DNA of 62,814 nt, counting the filler, from Collodictyon triciliatum (Eukaryota): the NCBI GenBank assembly GCA_043381765.1. It is 5 parts of 5 records of this genome, joined end to end, with 100 filler letters (N's around TTAATTAATTAA, not from the genome) between each part and the next. Parts side by side here need not be neighbours in the genome. Positions count along the whole stretch, not along the records: positions 46,652 to 59,975 come from JBHJMP010002005.1; positions 60,076 to 62,814 come from JBHJMP010002140.1; 3 more parts are not named here. One strand, 5' to 3'. The position numbers and the translations under genes were made by a program. This document shows positions 49,801 to 62,814 of the stretch, one piece after another (the stretch's first letter is position 1; every line of letters begins with the position of its first letter). The notes beneath the pieces were generated by a model. That model was not told the origin of the DNA. It saw nothing but the letters and a program-made list of their open reading frames with translations, and did not search any database.

Positions 49801-52453
49801 GTTCACATCTGCAACATTTTTTTTTTAATTTTTGATAGGGAAAACACTGAATATTAAAGATGCATATCAAGACTCTCGATTTAATCCTGAATTCGACCGA
49901 ATGACCGGTTACAAGTGAGTGCCATCATTCTGTATGTATCTTTCTATTTTATTTATTTTACTTTTTTTTTTTGTGAACTCTCTTTGCTCCCGTAGCTGGG
50001 TGTTTCCCCTGTATCATTCTATTCACCACCAGCGTTGCCTTTGTGTTTGGAGGCTAATCCGTTTTATTCGATAGAACGAAATCAATTCTTTGCATGCCGA
50101 TTCGAAATGCGGATAACGAGGTTATTGGTGTAACTCAGATGATAAACAAACTAGATGGAGGGTGCTTTGAAGAGGAGGATGAGCAGCTGTTATATGCATT
50201 CGCCTCCCAAGTATTTTTTCTGAAAAATTGTCAAAACATACTGAATTCAAGATAAGTTCTAATCGTGCAGGACTAAAACATACTTTTCGAATCCAAAGTA
50301 ATGATAACAACTGATGAGGATGATAAATGTGTGTAGGCTTCTGTAAGCTTGATGAACTCCCAGCTTTTTGAGAAAACGAAAGAAATGCAGCTTTTCTCTG
50401 AAAGTATATTGGTCAGTATCACAAATCTTGTTATTGTATTGAATATGGAAGGATACCTCTTGAAAGTTAATCATCCGACGCTCCCATTCCTAGGAATCAG
50501 TGAGGAGGTATTTTTTTCTCCGTGATGATTAATTTTCATATTTTAAACACAGCATAAAATTCACTCTTTTTGTCATTATGTCCCTATCCGATATACATCT
50601 CTTACGGGACGTGCTTGACATATTTATTCCTCATTTCTAGTTGGTTAAATAAACGAATACATACATCTCGTAAATGTACTCATTAATTTACTTCAAAATT
50701 TTTTAGATGATATCTTTTGTTATTAATCAACCCCAGAGCGCATTTTTTTTTTGTTCACCTTTGTACTAAAACATATTTCTTCTTCTAGGTGATGAGTGCC
50801 AATCATTATGATATTTGGCTCGGGTCAAAAAACAATACTTTTGCTGACCACATCAGAGAGGTCTACACGAGCAGTAAAAGTGTTTACATTCCCGATCATG
50901 AATTTCACATGCCTACAGACGCAGACGGCGAATCCAAGACAAAAAACATCAACTTCAGCGTGGTGCCTTTATTGGCTTCGACAAGCACTCAAAAAGGCGT
51001 TGTCGTGGTGATTGAGGACGTTACGCCACAAAAGAGACTGCACTCAACACTGGGCAGATACATGTCGCCTGCCTTGGCCGATGAGGTAAGCCCCATAAAT
51101 ATAATCTTCAAAGCAAATTGATAACTGATTTCATAGTTGTGCGAATATAATATGAAGAGCTTATTCTATATTCATTACTTGATTTTCTTTCAAAGGGGTT
51201 TGATATTTCATGAATGTGTCGCATAGATTATGAAGAAAGACTCCAAACTGCAACTAGGAGGAAAACACTTGAAGGTCACGACAATTTTCTGCGACATCAG
51301 AAAATTCACTTCTATTAGTGAGAAGATGGATGCCGGTGAAGTGGTCGACCTCCTTAATGAATACTTCTCTCACATGGTCAGCGCAGTTTTTGCCGAAAGA
51401 GTGAGCTTTCTTTCTTTTTTTTTCGTCTTTTTCACCCTATTTCTTCGAGTTACTTGAAAACACATTTTTGCGTAGATGTTTACATACTATTTATCCTAAA
51501 AACACGACACTATTTGAAGTTCTGGTTCACGTTTTTAATTCAACCACGAATTTCCCTCATTTGTAATATGCTTTTTTTTTTTGTCATGGTTTTGTTTTAC
51601 AAAGGGAATCCTTGACAAATATATTGGAGATGCGCTCATGGCGGTGTTTGGAGTGCCGATGACAGAGGAGGATGATTCATACCGTGCATGCCGTGCGGCA
51701 ATCCAAATGTTGGACAACCTTAGCGTATTTAATCAGACACGGGCCAAACAAGGACAGGAAGCCATTCACGTGAGCAAACCACCACGCAAAAGCATCACAC
51801 ATAACTATACATACACTTTATAAAATGCAATATTAGAGAAAATAATGAAAAATCCATCATTCACTAAAGCACATCACATGAAAGCATCAATGAAAGAGAA
51901 AAGAAAAGAAAAGAGAAAAAAAACTGATCGCAAACACACTTACGACTAGGTTGGGATTGGTCTCAATACGGGGAGAGTGCTTTCTGGAAACATTGGGACA
52001 GAGAGACGACTGGAGTACACGGTAATAGGAGACGGTGTCAACATCGCGTCGCGCATTGAGGGTGTCACCAAACAATACGGAGTAACTGTGATGGTATCAG
52101 AAAACACATACGACGAAGTTGGGCACTTGTTTGTGATGCGTGAATTGGATCTGATTCGCGTGGTGGGGAAAAAGAAGCCGATTCGAGTGTATGAGCTAAT
52201 CCGCGAAAAGAAGACACCCCCGCCTGTCATTGGCGGCGACAACATCGACGAGGCCATCGAGTTGTTTGCAAAGGGCCTAGAGGCATACCGGAGCATGGAC
52301 TTTGAAAACGCCGCAAACATATTCGAGGCGGCCAATCAAGCGAGAGTCGGAGGCGACCCGCCATCACAAATCTTTATGCAAAGGTGTCGCACTATCATGA
52401 GCGAGCCTCCGCCTGAGGACTGGGACCGAGTGTGGAATATGGACTCCAAATAA
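46889..52453 (+). CDS. Class III adenylyl cyclase with GAF-GAF-PAS-like-AC-TPR-like architecture (CyaB1-like), multi-exon, 5' partial
   Basis: Two GAF domains ([73 protein letters not shown]). Then [56 protein letters not shown] and the terminal [15 protein letters not shown]. Confidence 0.95.
47549..47611 (-). mobile_element. Micro-insertion copy 4 (reverse orientation, intronic): CTTTGAATCGAATAAAGG(A7) at 47568-47592 with a TSD of about 19 bp
   Basis: ATTCATTTCCATATGAGTT at 47549-47567 and 47593-47611. Confidence 0.85.
49024..49129 (+). repeat. (AAAAC)n intronic microsatellite
   Basis: Direct. Confidence 0.9.
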
Positions 52454-53453
52454 CTGGTCATCTATTTTTTTTTTCTTTATCCTTCCACATCTTTTCTTCC
52501 AGCTAAAGACAAAGTAAAAACGAGACAAAGAACAGTTCTGTGGTGAGATTTTCTGTTATATTCCATGTAACTCATGTATTGCGACTGCTAAATCATTCCA
52601 TGTTTCTCTCCTTCTACAGACTCAAAGCACCTCTGCTTTTTCTTCTTTGCTTTCCTCGCTTGGTGAACTCCAGCTTTTAGGCGAGCCAAGAAAACACACA
52701 AGCTTGGATTAAGAGTGCTCCGTTGTTTGCGTCATATCTGACTTCTTTCTTCTTTTCATCGTGATTCAATCGCATAGGCACCTGTCTCAATTTTCCTTCG
52801 CACCCCTACGCAGCTGCTTTGCCATCTCTCTTATTTGATATTATGCTTTCCCTTCTATTGATGTTATATCATTTATTCATTCCCTTTGATTTGTTTGTGA
52901 ATGCCATCGTCCTTTTCAGACAGCCCCCCTTTTTTATTTCTCCCTCTACTCTTTCGAAATATTCCCTTTTACTTTCCTTTTTACTTTCCTTATATCAAGA
53001 CGCGCACTCGCTACTTAATTATTAACACCGCTGATTTTTTAACTTGCCTTTTCTTTTTATGAAAAATTATCGAGTTCTTACCCCCCCCCCCCCTCTAAAG
53101 TCCTTCATTAAAACAAGATTTCAACAGTCAAGCAGAAAATAAAAGAAACAAAATCATCTCAACAATTTCCCTTACTGACTTATTGAACAAATACTCGGTT
53201 ATCCTTTAATTTGTTGAAAAAACCGAATAAACAAAACAAAACAAAGCAAAATAAAACAAAATAAAATAAAATGAAACCAAACCAACCAAAAAAAAATTTT
53301 TTTTTTTCTTTTGCCCAAACTCTCGCATCAACAACATGCTTTTTCTCGACTTTGTTCTAAAGCGTATACAAACCAGCCCCAAAAAAAGTCTCAAGCACAC
53401 AGCAGCAAAGGGTGCAATGACATATCAACGAATGTACTCAGGCCTACTTACTT

Positions 53454-56400
53454 TTATTTGTCGTATACTTGTGACGCCCACACCAAAGAAACGTTGGACT
53501 CATCACGCACCGGGCTGACGGCTGCTTTTATCGCCTTTCCAAGAGCGTGAATCCATCGGTTGCGCTCGTAAAGAATTTCAGTCTATCCCGCCAATTTAAC
53601 AGTGAGGAGCATGTTGTACGATGAAAACCCGTAGTCAACATATACAAATGATTGCTTGCGATTAATTTCATGATTGTATGTGTAGCAACACGCCGGCTTC
53701 ATGAATAAAATAAATGAGAATACCATGCATACCTTAAACATGTTACACCTGCCTCGCATCTGAATTTCAAATCCATGCGACCCGTCACTTTCGTTCCTTT
53801 CATTCATCTGGAAGCACATTTGCATAAATACCAACATCACTACCGATAAGTCTATAAATTGGTGCTTACCTGTGGGCTCAAGTGAACATCGAGCTGACCT
53901 TTGAGCTCTCTTGTCGTGTGGTCCAAATACCTCTGAAGGAGCGAGTCGCGCAACACAAAAAACCGCTTTCTCCACACCCGAGAAGTATCGTTCTGAAACC
54001 ACAGATAACCAGAGACCACGTTTGTATCCATCGGCCACACCGGACCAGAGGCGCACACATCATACCGTGCGAAGCATTCAGGACAAAGGAATCGCCTTTG
54101 CCCACTCCAAAGTGTCGCAGCTTTCAGATGTGCCGCCCACTCTGCGCGAGAGTCAAACTCTGTGATATCCATTCCGTATGTGAGGACGATGCTTTCTTCT
54201 GAGACATCTCTGGGGTTATTTTCCTTGACTAATTCATGCTCAGGGGTTGGTGTCAAAGAAGTAGACCCGCCTTGATGCGAGGCTTCGGGGTTCAGAGCCA
54301 GCAATGGGTTCATCTCGACGATTTGTTGAGTGTTTGTAAGATTACGGGACACTCGTCGGGATTTCGACATGGCCGAGAAAAGAACGGACGGAGAAGACGC
54401 ACGCATGCTCAGCCTAGAAGATGTTTGTGGAACAGAGGGTGATGTGAATGTGCCACCCGGGGATTGCGCAGTGACAGTTGTGACGGATGTTCGTTGATTT
54501 CGCGAGAGGGAGAAAGAGGAGAAAAAAGATGAAAACGACGGGGAGGCGTTTGATGTTTTCTGCAGGGTAGATTGGCGCCCGCTTCTTGAGGAGGATGATA
54601 CTGAATATCCTGGATGCGAAACAAGATGTGGGTTATTTGGAGAGTCACACACGAGATGTACAGTCGAAGTGGATGTTCCTTTTGCAGTCAAGTTTGAAGC
54701 GCTGCTTTTGCTGTTGTTATTTGTGACCCAAAAGACATGTGGGACGTCTGTGATTACAGGGGAAGACTTAGAACCACACAATTGAGTAACACCATTCATC
54801 CATTCATCAGTGCGGAATGATTTCCCATGGATGGGACATAATAGAGACGATTCAACGGGATATGAGCACGTGAATGGCATCGTGCCTCTTTTGCGCGGAA
54901 GGCAGCTGTCCTGGGCACAGACAGGGCAAACGAGAAAGAGGCGCATACTAATTCCTGGGAATGACAACATCACTTCCTCAATCATTCGAACGACTGAGCA
55001 GATTCCACGCCACGCAGGATAATCCTTTTCGGGTGACCGAGCCGAAATCATAAGTGTTTTATCAATGGGCAGGTGTTCCAGACAAACAAAAAAAGTATTC
55101 TGATGTATCTCATTTGATGCAGTATTTGATTCAAACGGCAAAGCATCTGAATCACCCAGGTGGAACACAGCATGTGACGAGCTGTAGTAAGGATATTTGG
55201 GAGGAGAGGAATGGAGCCCTTTCGAGTGAGATTTGGTGCGGGCTGGGCGAATTTGTGCACGGTGAAGTTTTGTGATGATGGTTCCAAAGAGTGAAGGGGG
55301 CACTGTATCAAACTGGATATGAATGTTGATGGCTGATAAGCAAGATGGAGGCGGTGGAGGTAGAAATGGCCAGATGAAAGGGCTTGGAAACCCCGGAGGT
55401 AGGAGGGACGGGAAGACCTCATATTCTCCATCATCGGTGGTAAAACTCAGTTGAAATGCGTGTAGAAGGGACATGATGTAGTCAACAAGCCCGGGGAACG
55501 ATCCCTCCAGATGACTCGTAATCAATTGAATCGGATACACGCCCGTATCACGTGTGGTTCGAATGAAATGGAAAAATTGATGGAAGACACGTATGAGAAA
55601 CGGTGGATGACAGATGATATATCCTCTAAGAAGGTCTTGGTCGTGCCACACAATAAATCCTGCATCGTGAAGTAGCTGAAGGATTGACTTTGTGCGGGCG
55701 GTGATTGAGATGCTACTGACGACTTCCTGCACCTCTGCAAGAGTCATCACGGGTGGGTCACGAGACCGACCTGCCTCCTCAACCAGATTACGGATAGTGA
55801 AATAGTAAGATGGAATCGGTTGCGACATGTTTGTGTGTTGCGAAACGAGACGAAAAACAAGCTGTTTGAGCTGGTCTATATTTTCTCCTGTAGCATTACT
55901 CACGCAGACCAGGCCTGAATATCGTAGAGTTTTGATATTATCTGCAATGATTTCGTTGGCTTCTTGAAAGCGTGCGCTTTTCACTTGGGTGTCCTGTAGC
56001 AAAGGATGGTCTGCGTGTGTTCCCACAAGAATCACTGCACACGTCGGAGCCACCGAATGCACGAGAGACAGCCATTCTGGGAGCTTGCAGAACTTTGCGC
56101 TATGTTTCATGTTCCATACTAGTATGACTACACTCCCCGATGAAACAAAGAAGGGATGGGTCACTTGAAACTCATTCTGACCTCCAAAATCCCAAATCTT
56201 CAGCTTGATAGACCTGCCATCGACAGAATCTTCGATAGACTGTGATGATATTTCTGCACCGACGGTCGCTATGGACTGAGGCGTGCATGTGCTGGAAAAA
56301 GATAGCTTTGGTAGCAATAGAGACTTCATTAGGGTTGATTTCCCAGCTTCTTGCTCTCCAAAGAGAAGAACGCGCCCTTCATTCCACTCTTTATCACTTT

Positions 56401-58768
56401 GTTCTGACTTGACCAACATCTCGCGCAAACGGAACATTCCAATCTGCCCACTTGTTCGCATAGGGAATATTATTGGATTTCCTTCGACTTTAGCCACAGC
56501 CAAGGTTGTAATGCTCGTTAGCCAGGTCGGGATTATGCTGATCTGATTTTCCAATACACGACTGCGATTAAAAAATGGCGCAAAAATACGATTAAAAGGG
56601 AATACATTATATCGATAGCGATGAATCTTGTAAATAGCCCATACTTGGTTGTTGCTCATATTGATGTTTACTAGTTTGTCCATAAAGCGGATTCCATAAG
56701 GGAATATACTTACCTACAAAGGGATATTTGTGTTGTGATCGGTAAAGAAAACTATGTTGGCTTGTTTTTACTTTTATGAAAATTTATAGCTTTGAAATCG
56801 GTGTTATTTCGATTGTTACAACAAGATATTAATTACTCTATATATGGTTAGTATCTCATAAAAAGTAAAGGTTTGGAAACCTTGTTGGATTCAATATTAA
56901 GTCTTGTCATACTGCTCAACATGGAGAACTCTTCTGGGAATTTAGATATCTAGGAGAGGTATTCATATGAATCGGCAAATTTAGCATTTTACTCTTGGTA
57001 TATGAGATGGATGCCACACGGCGCACTAACGTTGTTTGATGATACGTTTAATTGCTCAAGGGATGATAGTTGACACAATTCCCTTTGAAACTCTGATAGC
57101 TGGAAAGTGAAAGAGCACATCAGAGAAATGTTAACATTTAAAATAAAAATGTCCATGATTGCTATGGCAAAAAATGCGCAAGAAAAAAAAAGAAAAGAAA
57201 AAAAAAGGGGCTATTATTTAAATATTCTAAAATTGGATGAGAGGATGCTCTTCTTTCGTTTCATTTCTTTAAAATGCATCGAAATACCAGGTTGTTTCGT
57301 AATTCAAGCCTCTTCAGTTTTTTGAGGTTCATGATTGATGAAGGAAGGCTAGCGATCTAATTCGCAATTTCATTTTAATGTAAAATGGAATCATATTCCT
57401 TTCAATCTTTATTTGAAGGAATACTATAAATAGATGCGTTTTCAACATTATTACATATTATCAGAAAGAATATACGCCGACAATATTAAGCCACCTGGTT
57501 ATCGGATAAAACAAGGATTTCGAGCAAGGTCATATTCACAAATATATCAGGGATGCAAGAAATCTGTTCATAATAATTAATATAAAAATAGGATTAGTCT
57601 TCCTCCTTATTAGCAAGTTATTCAGACCCTATATAAAAACAATTTATGAATCATCGCAGTCTGCTACATATCATGTACACAACCTTATTTTCATATATCC
57701 AGAGTTCGCTGAGAAGGGTAAGTCGGCTTAGTTGGACGCATATTTCTTTCATCTTCAGTAAAAAGAAAAAAAAATTAAAATCATGAATTAAACGTTAGTC
57801 AACTGCCAAATCTTAACAGAACAAATATATAAATTGTGATGCAAAATCATTTAAAACAACTCGGCAAAAAGAATCATTCACAAAGTGCCAGTAGAAGAAC
57901 CAAAATAATAATAATAAAATAATAATAAAATAATAATAAAATAATAATAAAATAATAATAAAATAATAATAAAATAATAATAAAATAATAATAAAATAAT
58001 AATAAAATAATAATAAAATAATAATAAAATAATAATAAAATAATAATAAAATAATAATAAAATAATAATAAATAATAATAAATAATAATAAATAATAATA
58101 AATAATAATAAATAATAATAATAATAATAAATAATAATAAAATAATAATAAAATAATAATAAATAATAATAAAATAATAATAAAATAATAATAAAATAAT
58201 AATAAAATAATAATAAAATAATAATAAAATAATAATAAAATAATAATAAAATAATAATAAAATAATAATAAAATAATAATAAAATAATAATAAAATAATA
58301 ATAAAATAATAATAAAATAATAATAAAATAATAATAAAATAATAAAATAATAATAAAATAATAATATAATATAATAATAATAAAATAATAATAACAATAA
58401 TAATTATACCGCTTGCCAACATCTTCACCATCCTGCACAAAATTGAAAGGAAGAATAAAAAAAAAACCATAATAATTATACCGCAAATAAAAACATGGAG
58501 GCGGTTAAGTTTTACTAAAACAGCGTAAACCACAAACATCGTTCCTGTAGGAACTCAAAGCCTTCAGCTGGGTGAGAAGAGCCACTGCCGGGGGCATTTG
58601 GGGCATGGATCCGCCCTGAGAGAAGGTCAGAGCCAAATCCACACGGCTCTTCATGCGCTCTACAGTCATCATGAGCCGAGCAGCAAGCTCTTTCAAGGCT
58701 TCTTCCTCTTCCGATCTTTGCATGGGCGAAGCTGCGATTTCTGCGCTCTGTGGCGCTGTGCAAAACAT
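53454..58768 (-). CDS. Roco family protein: LRRs, Roc GTPase, COR, Ser-rich linker, C-terminal PH domain; no kinase
   Basis: Short LRR exons (e.g. LVNINMSNNQ); Roc motifs GEQEAGKSTLM, TVGAEI, IWDFGGQ..HPFF, LVGTHAD; COR motifs LHDAGFIVW, VFPSLLP; PH motifs SGYLW..WRKRFFVL..LKG and ERNRWIHAL. Confidence 0.92.
57902..58405 (+). repeat. (AATAATAATAA)n-type low-complexity array of about 500 bp in a Roco intron
   Basis: Direct; the overlapping F/Y/I/L ORFs are artefacts of the repeat. Confidence 0.92.
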
Positions 58769-59196
58769 TCATTACAGCTCGTCGCAAAAGAAAGAGTCAT
58801 CCCACGGCTTATTTTCCCCGAAAAAAAAAGGTTGGCTTTGAGCTCACGCAGCGTGAAAGATGTTCACCAATAGGAAGCAGCAGACACGCTTGTACAGAGC
58901 TTAATGGGAAAGTAGGATTGTTTGGCTTTTTTTCTTTCGTTTTTTTTTTTTTTGATTAAAAGGAATTTGATATGATCGGATTAATACTTCCCAGATTTTT
59001 TGACAGGGTTTGATTCCACTTTAGTCATCGACAAGCGGATTATTTTTTCTTTTGTCGTTTATCTCTGACTCCACGCGTTGTGATGGAAGTGGTGGCGCCG
59101 TGATGGAAGTGATTCGGCCCATGGCAGACGTGATTAAAGGAGGCATTTGCATATCAAAAGTGATTCTCTGGTTATTTCTTTTCTTTTTCCCTTCTT

Positions 59197-59841
59197 CTAT
59201 TTGCGAGCTGTTTCTCGGTGGATGTATTCGAGCGAAGTGGCGATGGCCTTCATGTCTGTCTCAATTGTTTTAGCCCAGTTCTCGACGTCGCCGAGTTCCT
59301 GTGTGTAGTATGTACAATGCCCATAAGATGCAGGCGTATTACATGGGTGGTTAGAAGTACTGGTAGAATAATCGTAAAATAAAAAAAGTAAAGCACTTGA
59401 AATATACAAAGTGTGAGTATCATTTTATTCTTCAGATGAAAGGAGGATAATATTCTCCGTTATCAAGATGTGTTTCCTCTGTGGTACCAAACAAACCAAC
59501 CTTTAGGCTTTGGTTGAAGCGGTCCATCAACAAAATCCAGTCATGTGCCTGCTTCGCAAACCTCCCAGATTGAGCCTGAAGAAGCCTTAAGAAAGTACAG
59601 TTATGATGATTGTGGAGAATAAATAAAAGGAGTACAATTAAAAAATAAATGAAATAGTCATTATTAAATACAATATCTTTATCGAAAAAACGAGGATGCG
59701 TAAAACAAAATCAACACACTTTGTTTCAGCGTCCAGTTGCCTCTGATTGGCAAAAACGGTTGCAACGCCGATGTTGATTGAGTCCATCATAACTGAGCTG
59801 ACAGTCCCAACGTTGACAAGCGCTTCTCTTCGACGTTTCTC
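59197..59841 (-). CDS. BLOC1S1: Biogenesis of lysosome-related organelles complex 1 subunit 1 (GCN5L1), 5' partial
   Basis: EKRRREA..MDSINIGVATVFANQRQLDAETK, FAKQAHDW..FNQSLK, ELGDVENWAKTIETDMKAIATSLEY across three exons. Confidence 0.93.
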
Positions 59842-59871
59842 TGGTTTCATAAGTTATATACAATTTCACCA

Positions 59872-59975
59872 AAACCATAGAATTAAACCATAGAATTAAA
59901 CCATAGAATTAAACCATAGAATTAAACCATAGAATTAAACCATAGAATTAAACCATAGAATTAAACCATAGAATT
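59872..59975 (+). repeat. (AAACCATAGAATT)n 13-mer tandem repeat
   Basis: Direct, about 8 copies up to the contig edge. Confidence 0.9.
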
Positions 59976-60075
59976 NNNNNNNNNNNNNNNNNNNNNNNNN
60001 NNNNNNNNNNNNNNNNNNNTTAATTAATTAANNNNNNNNNNNNNNNNNNNNNNNNNNNNNNNNNNNNNNNNNNNN
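59976..60075. other. Artificial contig-join spacer
   Basis: N44-TTAATTAATTAA-N44. Confidence 0.97.
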
Positions 60076-60086
60076 ACCCTATGTAC

Positions 60087-60119
<33 letters not shown>

Positions 60120-60226
60120 GACAAAAAAAACACGACAGAAACAAAGAACGTAAAGCTGTGAGGGGTTATTTACGGTATTGCAATCCACAAATAATCAATC
60201 GAATGGAGAAGTGAGTCTGAAGCCAG

Positions 60227-62196
60227 TCAGCATTCTTTGTGATTGCCGAGTATAACCGGCTCGCTGAGAAGACCGGCTTTGTTCAAGTGGCGGATGGCCT
60301 GCAGCACAATGCTGGCTTCGTGCTTGATTTCGGGCTCGAGGAGCTGTGATTTATTTTGTGTTGTGTATCAATCAGTCTTTTTTTTTTCTATTCCTTTCCT
60401 TTCTTCTCTTCTTCAATATACATACAAATATACCTTTTCCAAGAGTGATTTTCGTGTTTTGATAGTGGTCTCTGCATTGGTGATTGTTTCGTTTGCCTGT
60501 TCTTGAGGCTTGGCGTTCTGGCAAATGGGAAAGGGTCAGATGTAGATACATGCGCACAACTGGTTGAAAGTGGTAGGTTTTTAGAGGAAATACAAAAGGC
60601 GCTGCTTTACGGGGATATCGTGGGAGTATTGGCATCGCTTTCCTCGTCGGCAATTCCCACGCTTCATAAAGCGGCATATGATTTTGTGTGCTTGCTTATC
60701 TCTCCGATGGTTATGTGCGGTGGAGTCCTCCTTGTCTCTATCTACTTCGTCGATTATATTCGCTTCTTTTTGTCCTTCTCCTTGTCCTTGTCCTTGTCCT
60801 TCTTCGAAAGTATCACCCACGTTGGAATGGGCCTTCTGAACTTCAGGTTCGGACCGGTCGATTCCAGTGTACACCTGTTTGTTGCGTTTCTTCCCTCGAT
60901 TGCGCGTGTCATCATTGAAAAGCCGCTTTTTCTTTGGGTCTGTACTGATGCCGCCTTGCTCTGCTTTGGCTTTCATGGCTTCTTCCTGCCCGTTAGATAA
61001 GAAGCAATGAGACCAGGATAATCTCGACTTGAATCCGATGCAGGAAATATTATACAGGGTGAATTAAAATTGAGAAACTGAGGGGAAAATAATTGGTTTG
61101 TAGAGGGGGTTAGCTGTACCTTTTTTACAATGTTTTCTTTTGTAGGGAAGTTTTTCCGTCTTTCTTCGATATACTTTTGGATTTCTTCTGGGGTTTCAAG
61201 ATTTGCTATCCTCCTGTACACATGTTCTTGAATACGTAATTTTTACATAATTTATATAAATGTATGATGTTCCGGTTAATGCTTGGATAAGACAAGTTGG
61301 TCTCAGCGTTTGTGCATGAGCGGTCACCTGGAGGAATGCATCATTTCCTTGTGTGACTCGAGTGCTTTTGCTATTCCAACAAACTTACAACTCTCATGTT
61401 CGCATGGAATGTGTTTTTGGAGATGAGTCTCATACTGTGACTTTGTTCGAAAAGACTTGTCACACGGGTCACAAAAATACCTTTTTTTTTTCAAAATCAA
61501 ATTAAAGAAAAAATAATATATAATCTATGTATGCATGATTGCCTTTATGTATATACATATATTTAATTTAACATTATATGTCATAGAAAAAATAGCAATA
61601 AGTTTATATTATCCATACTCGTCCATACACGAAGTTTCTTGAGCTCCATCGGCTCTGGGCTCTCCTTCTTCCGCTCGGGGATCCATAGCGTGTCCACTCC
61701 TCTGATTTGTACGATTTCCTTCTCGATTGTGAGGATTACGGCCAGAATGCTGTCCTCTGCGATTCCCATTGTTTCGAAGCGAGTTCGCTGACGGATTTGA
61801 TGACTGAATGTAAAATAAAAAAAATAGCAAATAGAAAATAGTTCCTTCAATAAAAAAATCGTTCTTTTCTTCTATCTTAACTATTTCTTTCTGGGGGTAT
61901 CAGATATGACAAACCTGACTCCAGTCATGCGGCTGATAGGGTTGTATTTGGAAAGCATATGGGTTCGCCTGTTGGAAATCCGTGAAAGACTGCACCGGAT
62001 ACCCGAGAATACCGCCGGTTTGTGCAGATTGATTGTGCTGCGCATGAATCGGCACAGTGTTTATAGAAGTATACGGGAATCCTTGAAGAATTGGCGGAGT
62101 TGGCTGTGGAATCGACAATGCTGGAGTTGCAGACGAGTCGTTGCTTTGCAAGCGATGCTGCAGATGAGCGAAAGTGGCCCGGTGCGCACTCGACAT
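60227..62196 (-). CDS. NUFIP1: NUFIP1/Rsa1-like snoRNP assembly factor with C2H2-type and CCCH zinc fingers
   Basis: YFCDPCDKSF zinc finger, LETPEEIQKYIEERRKNFPT (NUFIP1 conserved motif), CRFMKRGNCRRGKRCQYSH (CCCH), and C-terminal LLEPEIKHEASIVLQAIRHL. Confidence 0.8.
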
Positions 62197-62761
62197 TGCA
62201 GAAGGCAAACGAGCGGATAAGAAGCAAAGGCTGCGGCCGTGAGAAAGTTGCAAAGCGGGAATCGGTCGGCTTTGGTTCTTCGGAGCACTTGCGCAGAAAA
62301 AGGGAGTTGCTTGAGTTTTATTGGCGAAAAAAGCGGGGTGGAGAACAGTCAGTTGCCTCTTGTAAATCAGCAGTGAAGAATCGTGTTCTTATTTGATAGC
62401 GAAGGGCTCGGGTATTATGAATGGGTTACTGCGTTGTGGGTTGGGCAACTCTAATGGCTCAATGAGAAAGGCTGAAGTAAACGAAAATACAAAGTAAACA
62501 TATTCCAGAGAAATAACACAGTGAACACAACGCGAGATCTGGCAAATGCCAAAGAGACCACAATTACATACAGTGCATAAAATATGGTATTTTATTTGTG
62601 GAAATTATGGTGCATTATTAATTATATCCATTGGCACAAGCATTTAATCCAAAATATACATTGATATTCGGATATACTATATATTACCATTTACATGTAA
62701 TACATGCTTTGAATATTCAAAAATTCAAATTAACTTTTCGCCCAACCGTGAACACAAACGA

Positions 62762-62814
62762 AAAAACATAAAAAAACATAAAAAAACATAAAAAAAACAT
62801 AAAAAAACATAAAA
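62762..62814 (+). repeat. (AAAAAAACAT)n decamer repeat
   Basis: Direct. Confidence 0.85.

Noticed and set aside
33985-52453. Apparent cAMP signalling cluster (CNBD channel near a GAF adenylyl cyclase)
   Set aside because: An artificial contig spacer at 46552-46651 separates them, so adjacency is not evidence of linkage.
56707-56720. AG|GTAAGT on the minus strand as a recursive splice site
   Set aside because: The sequence after the AG reads in frame as an LRR (VSIFPYGIRFMDKLVNINMSNNQ), so it is an ordinary exon start.
57813-58539. About 200-aa F/Y/I/L-rich ORFs, and similar ORFs over other microsatellites and N gaps
   Set aside because: Translations of simple repeats or of Ns; not genes.
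59872-59975. Contig-terminal tandem repeats as telomeres
   Set aside because: Each contig end has a different repeat unit and several lie inside introns of truncated genes; they are assembly break points.

Overview
Eukaryotic (protist-like), AT-rich, intron-dense, microsatellite-rich genomic DNA in the standard genetic code. The window is not one locus: four 100-nt spacers (N44-TTAATTAATTAA-N44) join five unrelated contigs (about 1-13351, 13452-26742, 26843-46551, 46652-59975, 60076-62814). Genes, reconstructed by hand across GT-AG introns: a WD40/Cys-rich/REJ/GPS surface protein; a membrane protein with two TKL-type pseudokinase domains around a C2 domain; a p24/TMED fragment; three 4-TM paralogs; two disrupted multi-TM paralogs; PP2C; 5'-nucleotidase; a TTBK/CK1-family kinase; a KCNH/CNG-like K+ channel locus with two channel+CNBD repeats; a chromate transporter; a CyaB1-like GAF-GAF-PAS adenylyl cyclase; an LRR-Roc-COR-PH Roco protein; BLOC1S1; and a NUFIP1-like protein. 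The most striking unexplained signal is an ultra-short (about 25 nt) hairpin+oligo(A) insertion, CTTTGAATCGAATAAAGG(A)n. It occurs four times on two contigs and in both orientations, each copy flanked by its own 16-23 bp target-site duplication, and one copy frameshifts a gene. All exon boundaries and family calls come from manual reading without database searches.
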